This document shows, piece by piece, positions 10,195 through 17,136 of a stretch of 64,000 nt of DNA. The stretch is from Acidimicrobiia bacterium (GTDB taxonomy: Bacteria; Actinomycetota; Acidimicrobiia; Acidimicrobiales; Aldehydirespiratoraceae). Below the pieces are notes generated by a model. The model saw nothing but the letters and a program-made list of their open reading frames with translations. It ran no database searches and was not told the DNA's origin. The stretch is from NCBI GenBank assembly GCA_003231645.1, contig QIIW01000026.1:8775-72774 (forward strand), in the 5' to 3' direction. The translations under genes were made by a program, and so were the position numbers. Within the stretch, counting starts at the first letter, position 1; the number at the start of each line of letters is the position of its first letter.

Positions 10195-11439
10195 CTACTC
10201 CGGCACCGCCTGCACCTGGATGAGTGGATCCGGCGGCTCGGCGATGTCGGGTCGGTTGGTCGGGTGGGCGGCGCGGATCTCGGCGCCGTGTTGATCGAGA
10301 TCAGGTGGTGGAGAGCAGGTCGACTGGACGTCTCCGTCGATCCGTACGGGTGAGCGGATGGAGCGGAAATCGCCGTTCGGATCGGACACGATCGGTGTCA
10401 GCCCCATCGACTCGGACCACGCAATGGCCTCGGATATCGAGTTGATCGGCCCGGCCGGCACACCGACCGCCAGTAGTCGTTCGAGCCAAGCCCGGCGGGT
10501 GTCGGTAATCAGCACCGCGCCGATCTCGGCCACCAGATCGTCGACGTTGGCCCGCCGCGACGCCCCGTCGACAAACCGCGGGTCGTCGATCAGGTCGGGG
10601 CGACCGATCACCTCGCAGGTCAGCCGGTAGGTCTTGTCGTTGGCCGCGGCCACGACGATCGTGCCGTCGCTCACCTCGAACACCTCGTAAGGCGCGAGCG
10701 AGGGATGACGGTTGCCCGCCCGGATCGGGTCGATCCCCGCCAACACTGCGGCCGAGGCCTGGTTGGCGAGGGCGGCCATCGCGCTGTCGAACAGACTCAC
10801 CTCCGTGTAGCACCCCTCACCGGTGACCGCCCGCCGATACAGCCCGGCCAGGGTGGCGATGGTGGCGTAGAGCCCTGTTATCACGTCGACCAGTGCCACC
10901 CCCACCTTCATCGGTGGTCCATCGGCCGATCCCGTGATGTACATCAATCCACTCATCGCCTGGATCGTCAGGTCATAGCCCGGCAGGGCGGCAGCCGGAC
11001 CGTCTCCGGAGAACGCCTCTATCGACAGGTAGACCAAGCCTGGATCGGCGCCCCTCAGATCCACGGGGCCGAGGCCACGCTCGGCCATGTAGCCCGGCCG
11101 GAAGTTCTCGGCCACCACATCGGCGGTCGCGCACAGTTCTCGGGCGAAGGCCACGTCGACATCGTCGTTGAGGTCGAGCACCACACTCGACTTGTTGCGG
11201 TTGACACTCAGGTAGTAGGTCGAGTCATCACCAACCCAGGGCGGGCCCCATGCCCGCGTGTCGTCGCCCACGCCAGGGCGTTCGATCTTGATGACGTCGG
11301 CGCCGAGGTCGGCGAGGTTCATGGTGGCGAGCGGTCCGGCCAACACTCTCGTGAAGTCGATCACGGTGACGCCGCTGAGTGGGCCCTTCAAGTTGGTCAA
11401 GTTCGACTCAGCCCCTCCAGTCCATGCCGTGGTCATCAA
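10195..11439 (-). CDS. family III CoA-transferase (CaiB/BaiF type)
   Basis: GPLSGVTVIDFTRVLAGPLATMNLADLGADVIKIERPGVGDDTR N-terminal signature. The start is ambiguous (TTG 11439, ATG 11436 or TTG about 11400). Confidence 0.9.
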   Translation of the reverse strand: MMTTAWTGGAESNLTNLKGPLSGVTVIDFTRVLAGPLATMNLADLGADVIKIERPGVGDDTRAWGPPWVGDDSTYYLSVNRNKSSVVLDLNDDVDVAFARELCATADVVAENFRPGYMAERGLGPVDLRGADPGLVYLSIEAFSGDGPAAALPGYDLTIQAMSGLMYITGSADGPPMKVGVALVDVITGLYATIATLAGLYRRAVTGEGCYTEVSLFDSAMAALANQASAAVLAGIDPIRAGNRHPSLAPYEVFEVSDGTIVVAAANDKTYRLTCEVIGRPDLIDDPRFVDGASRRANVDDLVAEIGAVLITDTRRAWLERLLAVGVPAGPINSISEAIAWSESMGLTPIVSDPNGDFRSIRSPVRIDGDVQSTCSPPPDLDQHGAEIRAAHPTNRPDIAEPPDPLIQVQAVPE

Positions 11440-11865
11440 ACCACCAGCGGCCCTGCGGATCGTACCTGGAGAGGTGCGACGATCCGGGTTCGGGCGCAGC
11501 CGCCAGGATGTCGGCCCGACACGTCAGGCAGCCCCGGTGGGACCAGCGACATCGAGGTCCCAGCACTTGACGACGGAACTGTCGGTGCGAGAACTCATCT
11601 CCTTGACCTTGCCGCTCGCCCCGAAGTTGACGTCGGCGTGAACCGACGATTCGAGATGGTCGCGATACTCCTCGACAGGAAGACCGGCTGGGTACCGGAG
11701 GAGACAACAACGTTGACAGTGGGGACTTCGCCGGTGTCGACACCTTCGAGGGGATTGGTCACTGCTGCGGACGGTGACCGAATCCTCAACTCCACCCGCA
11801 TCATCGAATGCGCCTTCACCCTCGTCGAGTCCTGTGGCCCCGAATCTCTCACCATGCGGGCCCAC
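11408..11865 (-). pseudogene. unidentified gene whose coding signal switches reading frame three times (probable decayed gene or indel-affected sequence)
   Basis: The G/C third-position signal moves between frames. A spot check gave 18/20 in the 11524..11961 frame at 11581..11640, and about 83 percent in the 11408..11743 frame at 11440..11523. Each junction sits at a short C or G run (cccc about 11750, tcc about 11682, gggg about 11534). Confidence 0.35.
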
Positions 11866-12074
11866 CGTGACCTGCCCCCGATGATCCGGCCCGGCGACAT
11901 CGCCAGGTGGTCGGACATACGCCCGCGGTCGGTGGTGGCGGCCGGCCGTGGGACCGTCCACGGTGAACCGTCATCGGCTGCCCGGAGTCGTGACAGTTGA
12001 CCGATGTCACACCTCGGGCCATGCTGTGGCGCGTTCTCGAGCGCAGAACCGAACATCAGGACAGGGGGGTTTCG

Positions 12075-12782
12075 GTGCGCCACGTACGTTCGCTCGCTCT
12101 CATCATCACATTCACACTGATCGCCGCCGCGTGTGTTCCCCTGTCGGTGGTATGGGGGCCGGGTGGCTCACTGCGCCCCTATTGGTGCGACCCCTCCGAC
12201 ACCGCCATCAACGACGCCCACGGCCTCCCGGCCAACTTCAACGCGGCGTATACCCAGCCCAAGGGCCCACTCTCGGGCCCCGACTGCCTACTTACCACCA
12301 ACTACCTCCGGTCATCCGAGGCGTTCGTCAAGCAGTACCCCACGGTCGCCGACGCCGAGGCCGCCGGATGGAAACAGGGCGCGGTCTGGGCCGCCGGCCA
12401 AGGCATCCACTACGTCGACCCGAGCCGTCTTCTCGGCCCGTTCGATCCCCGTAAACCCAACTGGTTGATGTACGACGGCACGTCTCCTGGTTCGTTGCTC
12501 ACCGGGATGATGTACCTGTTGGACACCGGGAGCACCACCCCTCCGTCCGGGTTCCCGGGGGACAACGACCACTGGCACCAGCACGGCGCCCTGTGCACCG
12601 ACACGACACCGGGGACCTACCCGTTTATCATCGGCGAGAGTCTCACCGGTCCGCAGTGTTCGTCGATCGGTGGGATCAACGTCATCCGGCCGACCATCTG
12701 GATGGTCCACGTCTGGTTACCCGTTTACAAGAACTGGGTTCCCACCGACGTGTTCAACAAGTCCCACCCGCTCATTCCCTGA
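12075..12782 (+). CDS. hypothetical secreted protein, probable lipoprotein
   Basis: GTG 12075 follows AGGGGGG. The N-terminus VRHVRSLALIITFTLIAAAC resembles a signal peptide with a lipobox-like Cys. The mature part has coding-like composition and an HWHQHG motif. Confidence 0.7.
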   Translation: MRHVRSLALIITFTLIAAACVPLSVVWGPGGSLRPYWCDPSDTAINDAHGLPANFNAAYTQPKGPLSGPDCLLTTNYLRSSEAFVKQYPTVADAEAAGWKQGAVWAAGQGIHYVDPSRLLGPFDPRKPNWLMYDGTSPGSLLTGMMYLLDTGSTTPPSGFPGDNDHWHQHGALCTDTTPGTYPFIIGESLTGPQCSSIGGINVIRPTIWMVHVWLPVYKNWVPTDVFNKSHPLIP

Positions 12783-12801
12783 TCCCCCACGACGGCACGC
12801 A

Positions 12802-13582
12802 TTGAAAATCCTCCTCCCGGTGGGTTGCGAGGTCATCTACTGGTCGATCGGCATCCGACGCGGTGATCCACGCCTGCGAACCCTGCTCGACCGTTGGGGT
12901 GACCCGACCCTGCGATGGGTGCAGGCGCCCGCGGCGGGAATCGAACATGACCTCTGGCAGTCGCTCATCACCTCCGGTGTGCGGCTCACCAACGCATCCG
13001 GCATCCATGCCGAGCCGATCGCTCAGTATGTGATCGGCTGGATCCTCGCCTGGTCACAGGGCCTCCAAGGCCAGTTCACCCGATCGCGCCACCACGAATG
13101 GTCGGTGGCGCCGGCTCGTGATCTCCGGCCCGGCCGATCATGTCGACGAGATGCTCACCCCCGACCGGCTTCCCGAACTGCCGGCCGAATCCGACTATGT
13201 CGTGCTGTGTGTGCCGGCCGGCGATGAGACCCGTGGCCTGATCGGTGCTGCCGCATTCGCCGCCATGAAACACTACGCCGTGTTGATAAACGCCGTGTTG
13301 ATAAACATCGCGCGCGGGTCGATCGTGGACGAGGATGCTCTCACCGACGCGCTCTCCGGCGGTCGTATCCGCGGCGCCACGCTCAACGTGGTGCGTGAGG
13401 AACCACCACCGCCCGAATCCCCGCTCTGGGACCCGCCGAGATGTGTGATCACACCCCACCAGTCGAGCTACTCTCCCTTGGGGGCCGACCGGCTCGACAC
13501 CTTGTTCATCCACAACGTCGGCTGCTACCTCGACGGCGCTCCGATAGGCAACGAGGTGGCCGGTCGCGGTTCAGCCGAGTAG
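12802..13582 (+). pseudogene. D-isomer-specific 2-hydroxyacid dehydrogenase, disrupted (frameshift, loss of the GxGxxG region, 15-bp duplication)
   Basis: Two ORFs in different frames (12670..13227 and 13118..13582) carry the family's N-terminal part (LRWVQAPAAGIEH...NASGIHAEPIAQYVIGWILA) and C-terminal part (SDYVVLCVP...INIARGSIVDEDAL...ITPHQSS). The roughly 35-40 aa NAD-binding GxGxxG segment between them is absent. Confidence 0.6.
13276..13305 (+). repeat. perfect 15-bp tandem duplication inside the dehydrogenase pseudogene
   Basis: cgccgtgttgataaa occurs twice in tandem, duplicating AVLIN within the conserved MK..A.LIN.ARG motif. Confidence 0.9.
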
Positions 13583-13604
13583 TTGTCACACCGACCCAGC
13601 AGCG

Positions 13605-14078
13605 TCAGATGTATTCGGGTAACACCTCGACGATGTGCTCCGGGGTGGTCTGCGGAGCGAACCTCACCACCACCTCGCCGTCGCCATTCACCAGGAACTT
13701 CTCGAAATTCCAGGCGATATCGGAGGTCTCTCCATCACCGGGGCACTCCGACCTGAGCCACCTGTAGAGGTCACAGGCCCCCTCGCCATTGACCTCGATC
13801 TTGGCAAACATGGGGAAATCGATCCGGTAGTTGTCACTGACAAACCCTCTGATCTCCTCGGCCGTGCCGGGCTCCTGGGCACCGAACTGGTTGCAGGGAA
13901 ACGCCAGAACGGTGAACTCGTCGGTGTCATGATGAAGCGTACGCAGACCTGCGTACTGGGGGGTGAAGCCTCAACGACTCGCTACGTTGACCACCAGGCA
14001 GGTGGTGCCACGATAGTCGGCGAAATCGACCATCTCCCCATCCAGCGACTCCATGTGGAACTCGTGGAAACGAGTCAT
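13605..14078 (-). CDS. gpx: glutathione peroxidase with in-frame UGA at the catalytic position (probable selenocysteine enzyme)
   Basis: ATG 14078 has GAGGAG 5 nt upstream. A single 158-codon frame reads ...LVVNVASR-TGA-GFTPQY...LAFPCNQFGAQEPG...FPMFAKIEVNG...WNFEKFLV. The only internal stop is TGA at 13971..13973, replacing the redox Cys. A SECIS-like hairpin follows. Confidence 0.85.
13939..13956 (-). promoter_or_regulatory. bacterial SECIS-like hairpin downstream of the gpx UGA
   Basis: The mRNA reads UGA-GGCUUCACCCCCCA-GUACGCAGGUCUGCGUAC. The hairpin is a perfect 7-8 bp stem with a GGUC apical loop. The core GCAGGUCUGC is identical to the apical part of the E. coli fdhF SECIS as I recall it. 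The loop GU sits one codon further from UGA than in fdhF. Confidence 0.7.
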
Positions 14079-14127
14079 GATATCTCCTCTCGACCGAGCC
14101 AGAAGTTACACATCAGGAGGACGGGTC

Positions 14128-15669
14128 GTGCCCCATTCGATAGGAATCGACCTGGGAACGACCAACGTGAAGGCGGTCCTCGTGTCGGCCGAAGGTGCCG
14201 TGCTCGCCTCCACGGAACGGCCGCTGCCCACCGTCGTCGTAGGTGACACGGCCGAGCAGGATGCCGAATCAGTGTGGCACCTGGTGCTCGACTGCCTCAC
14301 CGCCCTTGTGGTCGAGTGCCCCGACAATGCCAAGAGGGTCGAGACGATCGGCGTGTGCAGCCAATACTCCTCACTCGTCGGAGTCGACGCCTCCGCCAAC
14401 CCCACCACGCCGCTGATCATGTGGTCGGATCAGCGCGGTACCGATCACTCGTGGGCAATCCTGTCCCGCCACGAGAAAGCCTTCATGACCTGGGTCGAGC
14501 ACCACGGGATCCCCCCGGTCGGCAGCGGATTGTCGCTCGCCCACCTGCTGTATCTCCAACTCGAACACCCCGGATCCCACGCCTCCGCGACCGCCTACGT
14601 CGAGCCGATGGACTACCTGACGGCGCGGCTCACCGGCAGGATCACCGCCACCCAGGCCTCATCGTTCATGCTTCAGCTCTGCGACAACCGTTCACTCGGC
14701 GCAACCGGCTATGACCCCGACCTGGTGGCCATGTCGGGAGTCGACCCGAGCCGGCTACCTCCACTCGTCGACATCGAGGGCATCGTGGGGCCGATTCTCC
14801 CGGCAGTGGCAGTAGCAACCGGGCTTCCGGCGAACACCCTCGTCGCGACCGGAACCAACGACACGGCCACGGTCGGCGTCGCTTCAGGGGCACTCACCGG
14901 CGGAGTGGCCGGACTGGCGATCGGAACCACCAGCGTGATCGTCGACACCATCGACTCGTTCGGTGTCGACCTCGATCACGAGATCGTTTCGATGCCGGGA
15001 CCCTATGGCGACGGTTATCTGGTGATGGCCGAGAATGGCCTCGGCGGCCGGGTGCTCCAACACGTCATGACCCGAATCGTCCACCCCGACGACTCGCTCG
15101 GCCACCACACGGTCGATGATCCATTCGCATCGGTCGACCTCGCGCTGGTCTCCTCCCCTCCCGGCGCCGGTGGCGTGATGTTCCTGCCGTGGCTCGCCGG
15201 ATCACTGGCCCCCAAGTCGAGCCGTGAGATGCGAGGAGGGTTCATCAACATGTCGCTCGAGACCGGCCGCGTCGACCTGGTCCGCTCCGTCACCGAGGGC
15301 GTGGCCCACAACCTCGGCCGGCTTCTTCCCCACATCGAGGCGATGACCGGTCGGATGGTCGCGGAACTCCGATTCACCGGCGGAGGCGGACGTTGCCCCG
15401 GTTGGGCGCAGGTGATCGCCGACGTGCTCGACCGGTCGGTCGCGATCGTCAAACGACCCCAGCTGGCCACCGCCCGAGCAGCCGCGCTTCTCGCCCTCGT
15501 GCGCCACGGTGCGCTCACCCGCTCCGACCTCGCCCACACCGTCGAGATCGCCACCGTCCACGATCCGATACCCCGACACCGCGCGCTCTACGATCACCGA
15601 CAGTCGCAGTTCGAGGCGTGCTTCGAAGCGCTGCTGCCCATCCACACCGCACTCGGAGGAACCCCATGA
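14128..15669 (+). CDS. FGGY-family carbohydrate/polyol kinase (xylulokinase-like)
   Basis: GTG 14128 lies 7 nt after AGGAGG. N-terminal IGIDLGTTNVKAVLV actin-fold phosphate-1 motif and FGGY C-terminal domain (MFLPWLAG...FTGGGGR). Confidence 0.85.
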   Translation: MPHSIGIDLGTTNVKAVLVSAEGAVLASTERPLPTVVVGDTAEQDAESVWHLVLDCLTALVVECPDNAKRVETIGVCSQYSSLVGVDASANPTTPLIMWSDQRGTDHSWAILSRHEKAFMTWVEHHGIPPVGSGLSLAHLLYLQLEHPGSHASATAYVEPMDYLTARLTGRITATQASSFMLQLCDNRSLGATGYDPDLVAMSGVDPSRLPPLVDIEGIVGPILPAVAVATGLPANTLVATGTNDTATVGVASGALTGGVAGLAIGTTSVIVDTIDSFGVDLDHEIVSMPGPYGDGYLVMAENGLGGRVLQHVMTRIVHPDDSLGHHTVDDPFASVDLALVSSPPGAGGVMFLPWLAGSLAPKSSREMRGGFINMSLETGRVDLVRSVTEGVAHNLGRLLPHIEAMTGRMVAELRFTGGGGRCPGWAQVIADVLDRSVAIVKRPQLATARAAALLALVRHGALTRSDLAHTVEIATVHDPIPRHRALYDHRQSQFEACFEALLPIHTALGGTP

Positions 15670-17063
15670 ACCGCACCTACCCCTACGCGGAGACCTACGG
15701 AGTCGTGCGGGGAATGCCGTCGCAGGGACGTAGTCGCCAGTCGATCGTCGATGAACTCACCGAAATCGCGGCCACCGAGGACACCCGCTGGGAGTCGGGC
15801 CGGTGTTCGGGCACCATGTATTGCGGCGATCACGATCACTACGCCTTCATGGCACAGGTCTACGAACGCTTCGCCCATGTCAACATCCTCCAGCGTGACA
15901 TGTGCCCGAGTGCCACCCGCTTCGAGGGCGAGATCATCGCCATGACCCTCGACATGCTCCACGCCGATACTGACGCCGATCTTGATTCGGAAGCCGTCGG
16001 CATGATCACCACCGGCGGAAGCGGCAGCATCCTCCACGCCGTGCTCGCCTACCGTGAACAGGCACGAACCGAGAGCGACATCACCCGCCCCAACTTCGTG
16101 AAGCCCGAGACGGCACACGTTGCGTTCGACAAGGCCTGCCATCTCCTCGGGGTGGAGATTCGCCAGGTTGGCGTCGACCCCGTCACCACCAAGGTCGACC
16201 CGGCCGAGATGGACGCCGCCATCGACGACGACACCATCGCCATGGTCGGCTCGGCGTGCAACTACGGCTACGGCACCATCGATCCGATCGAACAACTCGG
16301 GCAGATTGCTCTTGACCGAGGTATCGGTCTCCACGTCGACGGTTGCCTCGGCGGTTTCATTCTCCCGTGGGGAGAACAGCTCGGCTACGACATTCCACCG
16401 TTCGACTTCCGTGTGCCGGGTGTCACCACGGTCTCGGCCGACACCCACAAGTACGGCTACGGCTTCAAAGGCACTTCGGTGCTGACCTTTCGCGACAAGT
16501 CGCTGCGCAACGGCCAGTATTTCTACATGACCGACTGGACCGGCGGGAAGTACGCCTCGCCCGGCATCGAAGGTTCCCGCAGCGGCGGTCTGCTTGCCGC
16601 CACTTGGGCCGCGATGGTGAGCCTCGGCCGTGACGGCTACATGGGTTACGCCAGAAAAATCTTCGAAACCGCGTTCGTCATGCAGGACGCGGTGAAGTCA
16701 CATCCCGAGCTGCGCATCATCGGCGACCCCACGTTCTGCTTCAGTTTCACGAGCGACGAATTCAACATCTACCACGTCAACGATTCCCTCTCGACCAACG
16801 GCTGGCGCCTCAACGGTCAGCAGTACCCCGACGCGATCCACATGGCCGTTACCCGACCGCAGATCAGACCGGGCCTGGTCGAGCAATGGGCCGACGATCT
16901 CGGCGAAGCTGTCGCCTATGCCCACCGGCACGCCGGCGAGAAACCACTCAGCGGGGCGATCTACGGCGGGGTCGAGGGCGGACCCACCGTCGAGTCCGAC
17001 GAGTTCATCCGGGTGGTCATGGCCGACATGATGGATCGTCAGCAGGCGCTCCCCCCACTCTGA
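15666..17063 (+). CDS. PLP-dependent sphingosine-1-phosphate lyase family protein (group II decarboxylase fold)
   Basis: ATG 15666 overlaps the kinase stop (ATGA). There are long stretches of SPL-type sequence: SGTMYCGD, FDFRVPGVTTVSADTHKYGYGFKGTSV (PLP lysine) and TDWTGGKYASPGIEGSRSGG. No N-terminal TM segment. Confidence 0.88.
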   Translation: MNRTYPYAETYGVVRGMPSQGRSRQSIVDELTEIAATEDTRWESGRCSGTMYCGDHDHYAFMAQVYERFAHVNILQRDMCPSATRFEGEIIAMTLDMLHADTDADLDSEAVGMITTGGSGSILHAVLAYREQARTESDITRPNFVKPETAHVAFDKACHLLGVEIRQVGVDPVTTKVDPAEMDAAIDDDTIAMVGSACNYGYGTIDPIEQLGQIALDRGIGLHVDGCLGGFILPWGEQLGYDIPPFDFRVPGVTTVSADTHKYGYGFKGTSVLTFRDKSLRNGQYFYMTDWTGGKYASPGIEGSRSGGLLAATWAAMVSLGRDGYMGYARKIFETAFVMQDAVKSHPELRIIGDPTFCFSFTSDEFNIYHVNDSLSTNGWRLNGQQYPDAIHMAVTRPQIRPGLVEQWADDLGEAVAYAHRHAGEKPLSGAIYGGVEGGPTVESDEFIRVVMADMMDRQQALPPL

Positions 17064-17070
17064 AGCCAAT

Positions 17071-17104
17071 CGGGATGTGTCCCGAAGGATCGGGACACAT
17101 CCCG
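17071..17104 (+). terminator. perfect 15-bp inverted repeat hairpin between the SPL and acylase genes
   Basis: cgggatgtgtcccga-agga-tcgggacacatcccg starts 8 nt after the SPL stop. No U-tract follows, so it may instead be an attenuator, processing site or protein-binding palindrome. Confidence 0.4.
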
Positions 17105-17136
17105 TACGCTGTATGGCGGCCAACGGAGGGGATGCC

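Noticed and set aside
10705-12000. 431-aa plus-strand ORF, whose tail weakly resembles a TetR-type helix-turn-helix (RILNSTRIIECAFTLVESCGPESLTMR)
   Set aside because: Most of it is antisense to the CoA-transferase. The TetR-like stretch is followed by a stop after about 60 codons with no ligand-binding domain. Its shared third-position phase with the minus-strand frame explains the open frame.
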